From Schmidtea polychroa (lineage: Eukaryota), in the NCBI GenBank assembly GCA_044892525.1, contig CM097885.1:127410001-127474000 (forward strand): a stretch of DNA of 64,000 nt. The letters run 5' to 3'. Below are positions 51,396 to 64,000 of this stretch, in pieces (the stretch's first letter is position 1; the number at the start of each line of letters is the position of its first letter). The translations under genes were made by a program, and so were the position numbers. A model generated the notes under the pieces. The model saw nothing but the letters and a program-made list of their open reading frames with translations, ran no database searches and had not been told where the DNA came from.

Positions 51396-54300
51396 NNNNN
51401 NNNNNNNNNNNNNNNNNNNNNNNNNNNNNNNNNNNNNNNNNNNNNNNNNNNNNNNNNNNNNNNNNNNNNNNNNNNNNNNNNNNNNNNNNNNNNNNNNNNN
51501 NNNNNNNNNNNNNNNNNNNNNNNNNNNNNNNNNNNNNNNNNNNNNNNNNNNTATAATAACAATGCTATTAAATGTGTATACACATTGGTCAAATTCTTAT
51601 TACCTTTTTTGATATATTACCTCTTGGATTCGATAAGACGCGTGGATTTTAGCGTTGTCATGAAGCAAAAATGTTCTGGTTTCGTAGCTTGTGCTGTCTC
51701 AAATTACACTAAACACCACGCATTTGCGATGTGAAGTGTCTGAACAAAGAAACTTTTGTGACTTATTTTTCAGTAATATAGACTCTTTAGATTCTCATCT
51801 AGAGTAGGGTATGTAGTTACTAAAATGTGTTTCATCCCTGTCACGATATTTCGCAAAAAGCTTAGTTGTTTAACAAAGTTTTTTTACAAGCAACATTTTG
51901 TCTTTCCAAAATCTCGGCCGTTAAATACCGTGAAACATAATTTCCTGATTTTCGATTGATCGAAAATGAGCTGTAAACATAAGGAATTAGAAAAATATAT
52001 ATGATTATATGTGATATTGCTATCTTTTGACACAAATTCCTTCAAATTTGCAATGTTTTCTCCGCCAATCTCTACACATCTATCCTTTCTATGACTGAAA
52101 ATATTTATTCTGAAACATGAAAAACTCCCGAATCCAGTTATATATTGTTGTTCTCGAAGGACCCTGTCATCCATATGTTTCTTCAATCTATTGAACAATT
52201 TCTGTCTTTTCTACTTTCTTTAAAAAATGAAAACGGAATTACGCTTCTAATTCCACTGTATCAAACATTTTCTTTTAAAATCGGTGAATGACTAAAATTA
52301 CATATCAATATTACCAAATATTACCAAATATATCATTTCAAATATTAAAGAACTTTTTCTAATTTTATTATTTCTATGCAAGTGTAAGAACATTTTAACC
52401 TTAACACGTACCTCAAAATTTCCCGATCTACCATATATTATATTTGATATATACGCCATATATATTTCAAGTGAAAAAGAAAAAAGACAGTGCCGAAAAT
52501 TCTTGAGTATCAAAAAACATCGATATATTACTGATTTATAGTCTTCAAGCTCTCCTTTTAATAAATTCAATGGAAAAAATAATAAGTGGTGAAATTGGAA
52601 AAAAGGTTTTTAAACTAAAAACAATATAAAAAAACCCTCATTCTCCTACCAGTACACAACACTGCTATATTTATTTGATTTATATTTTTTTATATTTATT
52701 TATACAATCGACAAATCGCGCTTTTTTTGCAATTGATATAATGTATTTTTTGCTAAAATAGGTATATTTTTCAAATTTATTTATGTCTTTTATTTTCATG
52801 TCTTCATAACCCATTTAACCTCATGTTTCACATTTCTATTAATTTTATTTTATTTAAATGTAACAAATTTTAAATAATCTATTTATATTATCATTATATT
52901 TAAGATGACTTGATTTTGAAAAAAGTGCTTGAAAATAAAGAAAAGCTTAAAGGTAAACGTTTTAAAATCTATCTGTGAAAATGATTATTACTACTATCAT
53001 TTTTATATTTATTTTTATTTTCTTCTAATTATTAATATTATTAGTATAAATTCAGGATTTATTTGTAGTAGAATTACTTAAATGTTAAACAAGTAAATGA
53101 TAAGAAAAGCCGTTTGCTGCTAAGTATATGTTGAACGAAATGAAAAAAATTTCGATTATTTTAAAATCAAAAATCTTTCCATTTCATTAAATATATACTT
53201 TGTAGCTAAAGACTTATATTAGCATTTATTTGTTTAACCTTTAGGGGATCGGATGTGTCTATCGGACAAATTTTAAAATTTAAATATCTGTTTAGGTATC
53301 TTCTATATACATATTAAAAAATCTTATGTACTAAATTTATAAACTAATAATTTTAATAAAAAGAAATTATATCAAAAATTTAATAAAGCTTAAATAAAAA
53401 GATTTTTCATATTATTTTTCATATAATTGTCCGTGGGGCACTACCGGTCTTTAGCGTTAAAATTTTCTGGTCTTTTAATGGNNNNNNNNNNNNNNNNNNN
53501 NNNNNNNNNNNNNNNNNNNNNNNNNNNNNNNNNNNNNNNNNNNNNNNNNNNNNNNNNNNNNNNNNNNNNNNNNNNNNNNNNNNNNNNNNNNNNNNNNNNN
53601 NNNNNNNNNNNNNNNNNNNNNNNNNNNNNNNNNNNNNNNNNNNNNNNNNNNNNNNNNNNNNNNNNNNNNNNNNNNNCATATATAATCATCAGAATATCAC
53701 AGCCATCATTCAAAAATTCTACCACTCTTAAAAGGTTTGAATTTTCTTTGTTATAAATGTATAAAATAATTAATTTAATACATAGAAAATAAGTTAATAT
53801 TTAATGATTTGTCTAAATCAGGATTTCTTTAAAATGGAGTCGTGATTACAATGTTTAGTGAGTGGTTAGTAATTTTAACAAAACAGTTTTTATTAATGAT
53901 CACGGAAAGGACAAGTGGCAGGGTGGACTTTATTGTAAAATATAAGGTAATGAATTATTGAAGGCCAATAAACCTAAATGACATTTTAAAACAAAATATA
54001 AGGAGCTTACTTTTACCTGTAAAGATAGCCGTTTTTGCAAATAAAAATAACAAACGAAACACGAACGCGAGAGGATTATACTTAAATAGTCTAGATACTT
54101 AAATAAATTTTTTTTTCAAAAATAAAAAAAATAAAATTTTTTTCAAAAGATTATTTTGGATGTTGATCAAAAGATTTAGAAAATAAATAAGTTTATAACA
54201 AAAATATTAAAATTCTAACAAAAAAAGAAGACTTCAGAAAACATCAAAATATAATAATACAAAAATTAAAAGATTTTAATTGAGTTTCTTATTAATTTTT

Positions 54301-56583
54301 ATAGTGTGAATGAAGAAAGCTTAAGATATTCAAACTTTCATCATTCAATGCTGATTAATGCTTAATTTTTGTTGCAATAATTGCACATCTTCAGAAAGAA
54401 CGCTTCGATATCACGTTGGTATACGATACAGATTTTAAATAGGTGTGAGTTTTTTGAATTTGGGTCTACGATAACTTTCTGCTTCAAAATTTTCCAGCTC
54501 TTTTTTATCAATACTTACCAAATACTTTGGTCTTTTTCGGTTCAATTTTTAAATTTATTTCTTGACTGATTTCTCCTCTGTCTAGTTGTTCCTGTAGAGA
54601 TTGATCCACTTAATCATTTTCAAACATTAAAATTTTCTTTAAGATAACTTCAAAGTTACGTCAAATGAAAGCTGATTTGAAATTTATATTTTATATTTTA
54701 TCTATTTTTGTTATATTTCTTTTAAATTGTCATTTTAAAGAAGTCTAGTTTATAAATACTTTAGTACACTAAATTTGAGAACTTACGATAAAAATTCTTG
54801 TAACTAGGATCGAGGGATTGACTCCTCTTAGTGAGACAAACACCAATATGGTAATATAAAATTGATTAGGGATCCCCATACAAAGTTATTTAAAGAATAC
54901 AAACTAATTAATAAATTAAGTGTAAAAAATGAATAAATAGATTTGATTGAAAATTACAAGCTTGACCGACGAAACTTCAACATGTCAAGCAACATAAATT
55001 AAAAACCAAATTGGTCACAGTTCCTTTTAAAAGGATAAATGAATGGAAATTTTGACGAGGTTACAGTTTCCTATAAAAAGAGGTCTTGACTCAGACATTT
55101 TGTGATGCTGGTCGAAAATAAAATATAGTGAAAGAAGTCAATAAACAACGATCAAAGCGGAAAAAAGCAAAAGAGAAAAGAAAAAGTTTTTTTCGAGTAA
55201 TATCAGATTCGTCAAATGAACTTACTTGAGTCGGTCTTCCATATTAAGTAAATTTATTGCAACTGTCTTGAGAAAATTCGAGAGATTGTAAATTGTAATA
55301 TTTATAAAAGTTGATTGTATTAAGTCACTCCTTTGATCAAGAGCACGTATAGTTAGATTCTCAAATATCCTACAAAACCATATAAATTAACTGAATACTT
55401 GTTTTCTATTAGTGTTCTCAAATTTTCAATTTCTATCTGCCCGACATGAAATATTAAAATATTTTTCTTTTTCGTGTTATCATATAATTTATTTTCATTT
55501 TTACAAAATATCAAATCTTTGATCTTTTGTCAATATGAAAATAAATGAACTATAAAAAAAACAACAGATTATTTGTGACCAAAAATATAAATATTTTCCA
55601 TTTCATGTTTATTTTATTTTTAGAACTGAACCTTTTATTCAACGGAACATTAAACAAAATTTAAAGGTATATAAAATAAAAATTCTAAATTTTTTAATAA
55701 TTGTAAAATAACTGAATATTTACAAATAAATTTTTTTATCAATATATTTTTAAAAATCCTAAAATCACTTTCAAAAAAGCCCAAAATCATCCTGAAATAG
55801 GGGTGGAAGACATTTATTACTGAAAATGTCTGCTGATAGTTTATGCATTTACGCAATAAAAAGCTTTGAAGGTTATTTTCATTTTGGAAATTTTTGGAAC
55901 CGCTTTTAGTGATGTTCAATTTTAATAAATGCATTTTTATTTCTATTATATTAAACTCTTTTACATTTCATTATTTGTGCTTATTTCTCTTATAATAAAC
56001 TTTCAAAACCTATATGTTTACAAATTGGATAACTGGAACTTTAGCAGATTTTTTAAAAAATTATGCCCGGGCCTGAAAAATGTCAAATCGGGTGGATTTC
56101 TTTAGATGTTGAAATTATAGTACAAATATAAATTGAGATTTAATAAAACTAACAAATCATCAAACATTCTAAGTAAATTCAACCGTTACAAGTTCTACTT
56201 TGAATGTACTTAGTACACAGACTAGGGGTCTTAGACCGTGAATGGATTGTTATAACATATATGGTTAGTATTGCAAAATAACTGATAATTTTAAATTTAA
56301 GAATGTTGAAACTCATAGAATTGAAGAATCTATATGATAAAAATCGACTTGATGATAATTGACAGTTTTATGACTATTATTTTACTAATTGTAAATAATG
56401 TTTAGCTTATTTTTTAAAAATATATAATGAAACAATTGTGATAAATTGTCAGCGTAGATTCTGCCAAATACTTTCGCAAGGATATATTAACTTGGATCGA
56501 AATGTCTTTAGGATTATCATTTCCAAATCCATCGTGAATTACAACTTCTATTTTGTTTTTGAGCGTTTCTGACATCTTTTTAA

Positions 56584-59008
56584 CACGTTGACTGCCATAT
56601 GCCCGCCCGCAGTACACAGTACATTTTTATACATATGCCACGTGTAGCGCCGGCGGTACATACTACTGAATAATCATGTTTTTCTTGTGGCAGTGGGCTT
56701 AAACTGTTTATTTATATACAGTGGCACCTTGATAAAAGTAAATTAAGGTTTTTTTGTTATGGTTTACATCTACATTTAGAGGTATAGCTGGAACAAAATG
56801 GAGAAAAACGAAAAGATTACAAACATAAAAATTTTATTTCAAACATTAAAATTCATTTATTTGTATTATAAAAATTAACAAAACAAAAGAAAACTTCGGT
56901 ATACATATATGAAATATAATAAAATATAATATAAAATAAAAAAATTAATGTAATTTATTAAAGCAATTTGTGCATAATGGCGGATTATCCTCACATCCAC
57001 TGCAAAAAGTTGTAACTCTTTTGGTTTTTTTTGTTGCTTCTTCTCGTCCTTTCTGCTGTTGCAATTGTTTGTAGCATTCAACACACCTTTTACGTATAAT
57101 TCTATTTCGGTTGTCTCTGGTGGTATACGTTTGTATTAAATGCCGTCTAGCTGGGGGACGTTGTTCTACAACGGATACTGACGAAATTGATGTTTCGCAA
57201 AGGGATTCACAAATAGATTTTCTGAATTCAGCTATTTTTATATTTGGTTTACTTAGTTTGTATAAAATAAGCGCGTTTACAACGGCTGTACTAAGAAGGT
57301 ACTCAAATGCTATCTTATGGTACCAGCGAATAGTTCTGCGTAAAGGCGTAAAATAGCTAGCCATCTGGTCAGATAAATCGATACCTGATTTGGCAAAATT
57401 ATAATCAATTATCATTTGAAGCTTTATGATATCTTTATTGTTGCGATTTGTTTTGCCAGTTCGAACTTCTGTTAGGTCGTGCTTTGTGATCAACATAAGA
57501 ACTTCTCGCTTGTCCCTCCATTTAGCTGCTACAATGCCTGAATTCTTTCGACCTATAACTTCATGCTTTCGGAGTTTAGCATTAGTGACTTCAATAGGAT
57601 TACCAATTCGGTTTTTCCTAAGAGTTCCCAGAAGATGAGTTTGCTGTGTTATCAAGGCATTAGCTAACGACCTAGACGTGTAGAAATTATCAGTAACAAC
57701 AGTTCTACCGTTATTTAGATAAGGCGCAGCCAGATCGAGTACAATCTGAGTGCTATGTGTAACACCTGGTGTTGGTCGTCCTCTTCTAGCCGAATCATCT
57801 GTTTTTCCGCAATAAATTTCACTTGTATAGGTGTACCCAATTGGATAATCACAAAAGCTTGTAAACTTTAACACCATATTTATGTGCTTTTCCGGGATTA
57901 TATTGACGAAACATCAGTCTTCCACGCCAAGGTATCATCTCTCATCCACAACCAACAGCTCACCTGGTATTTTAGCAGCTATAAAATTTTTTTCCAGGAG
58001 TTCAAGCAAATAGGCAACTTTACCCAAACGATTATTTTGTATGGTATCGTCATCTGCAAAATGAATAAATTTCAGCAATAATTGGAATCTATTTCGGGAC
58101 ATCTGTCTAGGAACAAATGAGTTTAGGTAAAAGTTATCCTTGCTCCAGTACATATCAATTGTTGGATAGGTCACTATTCCCATGTACATAACTATGCCAA
58201 GAAATCTTTTTATCTATGAAACATTTGTATCGGTCCACTTTTTCATGCGTGAACTGCGGCTTATACGACTATTGGAAATTTTTTTATATGCATTCAGATT
58301 TGTTTGTTGAACTATAAGGTCATATATGTCAGATGAAACCATAATATTGAAAATGTCAATCGGCTTGATGGAGCTTGTATCTAGGTGACTAATTCCAGGA
58401 GAAGCAGCAACTGCAGTCAACGTAAATTTATGCAATGTGTTGCCGCTAACTGTGTTCCATACTTTTCTTGTAATTGTGGGTGTAGGTATATCACTACAGT
58501 CATCTGATACTGAAACATCGGAGACATCGACATCATCAACATCTGTGCTACTAATTGATGGAATATACTCATCCGAATCTGATCGGTCGAAGTCGGCCTC
58601 TTCGGAGTCAGAACTATACACCACTTTTTTACGTTTTCCGTAAAATAATTTTGGATTAATACCTGCCATAATTACTACAGGGATACTTTTATATACCACT
58701 ATCTAACACACACAATATCTTTCCACTTATCACTATAAATATAAAACAGTATAAAATAAAACCTTACTATAACTAAACCTTACTATAACTAATTATGCAA
58801 TCAATGATAATTAGAGACTGTGAATTATACCACAAAACATTTTTTTTCAAAAAGATAAAAAATAACCTGTGTACAGCCGGCGCCACACGCGGCACATAAT
58901 GAAAACGGTATTTACTAGGTGCCGCGTGTACCGCCGGCTGCCACAGTTTATAATGTACTACGGCACCGTAGGAATGTAGTATTTATATATATGGTGGCAG
59001 TCAACGTG
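56584..59008 (-). mobile_element. piggyBac transposon, 2425 bp
   Basis: Perfect 14-bp TIR CACGTTGACTGCCA at both ends; flanks TTAA (left) and TTGA (right); GC-rich subterminal GCCGGC repeats. Confidence 0.93.
56945..58699 (-). pseudogene. PGBD4-like piggyBac transposase, frameshifted into three pieces
   Basis: Acidic N-terminus, MSRNRFQLLLKFIHF, LVVDE, VVTDNFYTS, GTLRKNR, GIDLSDQM and C-terminal Cys-rich RCVEC...TFCSGCEDNPPLCTNCFNKLH. Confidence 0.92.
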
Positions 59009-59037
59009 TTGATAATCGTTTTCAAATACTTTTCTGC

Positions 59038-59404
59038 TTCATTAGCGGGTTCAGTCATTCATTGATTTGTTTTAATTAATAAATCTTCTTCAGTCTCTTC
59101 TATTGCAGAAAATACAGTTTCAGGTGCAATTTCTTCAGATTTTACTGGGCTATTGGTTGAAATGTCATCATTAGTTTGAATTTCATCGTCTTCACTGTCT
59201 GAGTATTGAATTAAACCTTTCATTAGCGGGTTCAGTCATTCATTGATTTGTTTTAATTAATAAATCTTCTTCAGTTTCTTCTATTGCAGAAAATACAGTT
59301 TCAGGTACAATTCCTTCAAATTTTACTGGGCTATTGGTTGAAATATCATCATTAGTTTGAATTTCATCGTCTTCACTGTCTGAGTATTGAATTAAACCTT
59401 TCAT
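59038..59404. repeat. 181-bp tandem duplication inside a disrupted acidic ORF on the minus strand
   Basis: Both copies encode GLIQYSDSEDDEIQTNDDISTNSPVK...TVFSAIEETEEDLLIKTNQ. The period is not a multiple of 3. Confidence 0.9.
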
Positions 59405-60341
59405 GTCAATATATATTTGATTGTTATCGTTTTCCAATAATTATCGTTTTTAATTGTTATGATTCTTCACATTTTACAATTAAATCACGTAAATAAGCTT
59501 CACATTTCATCATATAATCTTTATATTCTGCAAGAAATTCTTTTATAACCAATTCCGTTAAGAAATTTTCGAAGTAATTGAAAGAAACTTTCGAGGTTCA
59601 AAACCTTTTATTAAAACACAATTTGAAAAATCACCAAATTTAATAACAAATCAATTAATAAAGAATACTAAAATTCAAAATACATTGTCCACGTCTGTGC
59701 GCGCACACATAGATAAATACAATTTCAAAAACAACACGCACACAGACGCGATAATTAACCTCAGAATTGACCAAATAGTAAAAAAGAGTTTCTATTCGAT
59801 TCAGAAAGAACTTGAAAAACAATTTCATTATTTACTGAAGTCAGGTAAAAAGCCACCCAGTAGATGTTCTGTGAAAAAGTGAGAAAAATAACAATATAGC
59901 TTTAAAGTTTTCGTAATTGCAAGTGTTTAATAGATTAATTTTAATTTACAAGACTTTATAATGTAAATTTAGGAAGACTTGCCTCATTTCTGCTTTTTCA
60001 TATTTTATCATTAAGTTTCTACATCGATCTTATAAAATAATTAAAATAAAGTAAATTTGTTTTAAACGTTCTTTATAATTATTTAATTAATTAATTTCAT
60101 TTAAATTATTGATTTAGACTGAAGAACCGTCATTCACAATGCTCCAAATATAATTCAAACTTGTCATGTTTAAACAGTTCTTATAATTTCTGTATTTTAT
60201 TAATAAGTATTTTGAGAAATTTTATTTTATTTGGAAATTTTAAATATTTTTTATAAATTATTTTTTACATGACTTGCAATTCAGTGATGAGCGAACAGAA
60301 GCCATCTCGGCCTGGGTCGACGAGCCAGTTGTTAATTATTT

Positions 60342-60857
60342 TGTTGGGGTTAGCGCAAAACCAAAAAATGCGTATATAAAAGGAAAGCATAACAAATAAT
60401 GGAAAAATCAATAAAAGTGCAAAATTAATTAAAATTTATCAAAAATCAGTATTGGGTATGGTTGAACGCCGAATGGATAGACGAATTCAGAAATTATAAC
60501 GAAAATTTAATTAGGTGTTCACAGGGAAAGTTAATGCGAAAAAACAAATTAATTAAAATTAATTAATCGGTAATGGAAAGCCCGAGTCTATGGGAAACCC
60601 GATGCGCAGTAAGACCCGATAAATAAGATAAAAGAGGGAATATCTTAAGCCCTAGTCAAGGCTAAACAAATTAGAGTAATCAAAAAAACCCTAAAATATG
60701 GATTTTGGATTCTCAGGAAAATAACTGAGCGCAGATTTCTTAATAACTGGCTTCTCATAAACAGTATAAAAGGAGAGCTCAGAAGTGACGATTTGAGTGT
60801 TGGGTTTCAGTTATTTAGCTGAATAAGAACACGAGGAGTCAGAAATAAAAAGCCAAC
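60342..60857 (+). mobile_element. Solo LTR, 516 bp, related to the LTR at 6637-7696
   Basis: TGTTGG...CCAACA termini, 4-bp TSD ATTT, TATAAAA and AATAAAA motifs. Shares TAATGGAAAGCCCGAG...ATGGGAAACCCGA and GAACAC-AGGAGTCAGA with the first LTR. Confidence 0.85.
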
Positions 60858-60964
60858 AATTTTATGAATTTGATAATCTTATTCAAATAATTGTTTTATC
60901 TGTTTAAAAGATACTTTGTGCCTCAAAATTCATTACCCTCATAATATAATGATTATTTTAGAAT

Positions 60965-61240
60965 TATTACAAAAAGGTAGTCTTCAATAAAAAAGCATGG
61001 TAATTTAAGGTCTCAGAATATTTTAAATAGAAAAAGGTGGTCTTCAATAAAAAAGCCAAGGATAATCCACTATTATTTGGGTGGGTCTCCTTGGTACTGG
61101 GATTTTCAATACAAAAAGGTAGTCTTGAATAAAATAGTCATAGTCAATTAAGGTCTCAGGATATTTTCAATAGAAAAAGGGGGTCTTCAATAAAAAAGCA
61201 TGGTAAATCTTTGAATTAAAGTAAATTATGGTCTAAAATT
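60965..61240. repeat. Fragment of the same subrepeat family as the 25881-26762 foldback element
   Basis: TTTGGGTGGGTCTCCTTGGT..TGGGATTTTCAATAC is the reverse complement of 26284-26320. Confidence 0.75.
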
Positions 61241-61539
61241 TTAAATAAAAATAAATTAAGGGCTAAGATTTTTGAATTAGAGTAAATTATTGTCTAAATA
61301 AGTAAAATAAAGTAAATTAAAGTAAAATAAAGTAAATTAGAATAAGTAAATTAAAGTAATAATTTTTAAATTTATTATTAAACTTTTTGAAAAATGAAAT
61401 TTTGTAATGGAAATTTTAATGAAAATTTTCTTTAAGTTAATTTTTAATGTAAATTTTTATGAAATAATTTTCATAGATAAATTTATATGCAAATTTCAAC
61501 GATAATAATAATAGTAATTATAATAATAATAGTAATCAT

Positions 61540-62650
61540 TCAAAAACCAAGTACTCACAACAACCAACTACTTACAACCAGATACCTGCTACCAAGTACC
61601 TACAACTAGCTACGAAGTACTAACAACCACATAGCTACACATAAAATAATAACAATTAAAGACTTAATAAAATTTTTCATCAAGTATTTGCTTAATTCAA
61701 CAACTAGATTATTTCTTATATTCTTGTGAAAATCTAAAAAGTAAACCAAATACTAACAACTATGTACTTCTAACAGTTAAACATTAGATACCTAACAACT
61801 AGGTACTATTTACAATCAAATACCAACTACCAGATACTAAATATTTTTAACTAGGTGCTAATAAACAAGTACCAAATACTTACAACTAAGTACTTACAAC
61901 CATCTAACAACATGCTACCATGTGCTAACAACCAAAAACCAATTAGCGCCATATTATTAGTACCAACAACTATGTACTAACAACCAACAACAAGCAACCA
62001 ACTAGGTACTAGATACCAACTTTCAAACAATTAGATACTTACAACTAACTACGTACAACCAAGTAAGTATTCTTTATTGTATTTTATCAAATGTTTTTTA
62101 ATTTTTTATTTGTGTTCAAAAATATTTTTAATTACAATCAATAATGAATAATTGTCAACCACTTTAAAACAACACGTGGAAATAAGGATAATTTAAATTA
62201 CAATGAAAGACTTTAGAATTCTAATTCTAATTCACAAGCTTTCTTCTTTTAATTGATTACTACTGACCTATTATTGCAAAGTAAAGATTGCATTCAATAA
62301 ATAGTTATTGTTGATTCGTTTTATTATATATAGTTTGAGTTTATCGGACAGGATGTTTTGACCCTCTATGGGTACTGGTCGTAAGGGTATTAGTCGTAAG
62401 GGTATTGGTAATCAACCCCCACATACCGATTAACTAGCTACTAACAACCAACAACAAATCTCGCGAAAATTAACAAATATCAACCTAAAACCAATTAACA
62501 ACTAGATACCTAGTACTCACAACAAGATACTAAATACTTATAACTAGCTAACAACCAACTATTATTTACCAACAATGTATCCTCACTAGCTAACAACAAC
62601 AAGCAACCAACCAAATACCAAGTACTTATAACAAGATACCAACAATTATA
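61540..62650. repeat. C/A-rich degenerate minisatellite region
   Basis: Recurrent TAACAACCAAC, CAACTAG(G/A)TAC and TACTTACAAC units with strong strand asymmetry. Confidence 0.7.
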
Positions 62651-63019
62651 TGCTAACAAATAGATCTTTAAAAGAAAATCCTCTTCACTTGAAAAGAAAT
62701 TGGATGAAAAATAATTTGAACTCAAGGCATCAATGACTTGGTAAAACTTTATTAAATAATTGTAAAAATTTAAATTATTCAAAACATTCTAAATAAATAT
62801 CATAAAATGAAATTAATGGACAAGAAAGAACTTTAAATTATAATCATTAATCATCCATTAAATAAAATAATACTAATCATTCAAGTTAATATGAATCAAC
62901 TAAGTTAATAAATTAATAAAATTTTGAAATTAGATCTAATAGATATTTGATTTAGATTAAATAAATTATTTGAAATAAATTAATTTTAATTATTCTTTTT
63001 AAAGTAATAAATGTATACT

Positions 63020-64000
63020 CAAACTGATTGACTGATTGCTCAAAATATTCGAAAAATTCATTACAATTATCCATGTCATCAATCTACCAGCGTCAATAGA
63101 CCTACATTTCACGAGGACAAAACTTTCCAAGCTACAAGACAAGATCACTATCACAGACAGAAAACCCGAATGGGAATCTTCAAAAACAATAACAGAAAAT
63201 GATGTAATCATTGCAATAAAGTACAGCAAAGACTCAGCTCCAGGAGATGACGGAATCCCAATCAGAGCATGGAAAGATTGGATACTGGAAGATCCGCTAA
63301 CACCAATATTCCACAGAATACTGTAAACAAAAAAAATCCTGATTCATGGAAAACCTACACTACAAACTGATAATAAAACCGTGAAAAGATAGTCAAGCTC
63401 AAAATCCTGCCAACTGGAGACTAATAGCGTTGATGTCAACCAGCTACAGAATCTTCATGAAAATATTAAACAGAAGAATTCTCCAATGGATCCACGAACA
63501 CAGACTTATATCAGAATGGCAGAAAGCAGTAAATATAGCCAATGGATGCGACAAACACAATTATGTAATAACAGTCCAAAAGGAAAAACCAAATAGAAAA
63601 AGATACAAAGGCCAACAGTGTCACCTTGTGTTCTTGGATATTGCGGACGCATTTGGCAGTATACCACACGAAATTATAAGGCATGCTCTTCAGCAAAAAG
63701 GCCTAAACAAAAACACCATAAATCTGTTGCAAGAGTGCTACAAAGACTGTCACACTATATACCAAATTGGAGACACAGAATCCAGTGAAATTAAATAAGA
63801 ATAAGGTGTCAAACTAGGATGCCCATTATCCATAACAATCTTTAGCCTCTGTATTGAATATCTAATACAAGCTGCAATAAACAGCGGAAAAGGAGTTCAG
63901 ATAGCAGGAGAAAAAATAAGTATCCTAGCCTATGCAAATGAACTCGTCCTAATGGCACCACAACATCATTTGATAAGATCTTCCAAGAAGTGGAAGCTAA
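63020..64000 (+). pseudogene. Decayed non-LTR retrotransposon reverse transcriptase (R2/NeSL/R4-like), continuing beyond the window
   Basis: SAPGDDGI, IPDSWK, ANWRLIAL, QKA..ANGCDKHN, LVFLDIADAFGSIPH, GVKLGCPLS and LAYANELVL (YADD mutated); stops and frameshifts. Confidence 0.88.

Noticed and set aside
51884-52570. Two minus-strand ORFs faintly reminiscent of a viral SF3 helicase
   Set aside because: No intact Walker A/B motifs; the similarity is too weak to support without an HMM search.
17949-53756. ORFs containing long X runs
   Set aside because: Artefacts of reading through N gaps.
60280-60330. 5S rRNA or tRNA-derived SINE head
   Set aside because: No A/B or A/C box or structural match.

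Overview
This is an AT-rich eukaryotic (probably invertebrate) scaffold segment with seven N-gaps, introns of about 40-45 nt and many transposon remnants; the host species cannot be named from the sequence. The main result is a Ty3/Gypsy LTR retrotransposon on the minus strand at 1-7696 that the supplied ORF track misses, because its reading frame runs off the window edge without a stop. I read it codon by codon: it is one frame of 2126 codons (6378 to <1) broken by a single TAA at 6121-6123. Its domain order is Gag capsid, three CCHC knuckles, two ubiquitin-like domains, a Bcl-2-like domain (WIANNGGW) with a hydrophobic anchor, a chuvirus-like fusion glycoprotein, aspartic protease, then reverse transcriptase. 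The envelope protein and apparent host-derived cargo therefore lie between gag and pol in one polyprotein. The rest of the window holds two diverged paralogs of a secreted-protein gene built from symmetric phase-1 micro-exons (10010-19407 and 43135-51395), a 6-kb direct/inverted mosaic of ~0.8-kb units each carrying a tiny spliced ORF (32.6-38.9 kb), a related solo LTR with TSD, and hAT, piggyBac, IS630/Tc1, pogo-like, Penelope, integrase and RLE-type LINE elements, MITEs and relics. All family assignments come from motif recognition by eye; no database search was run.
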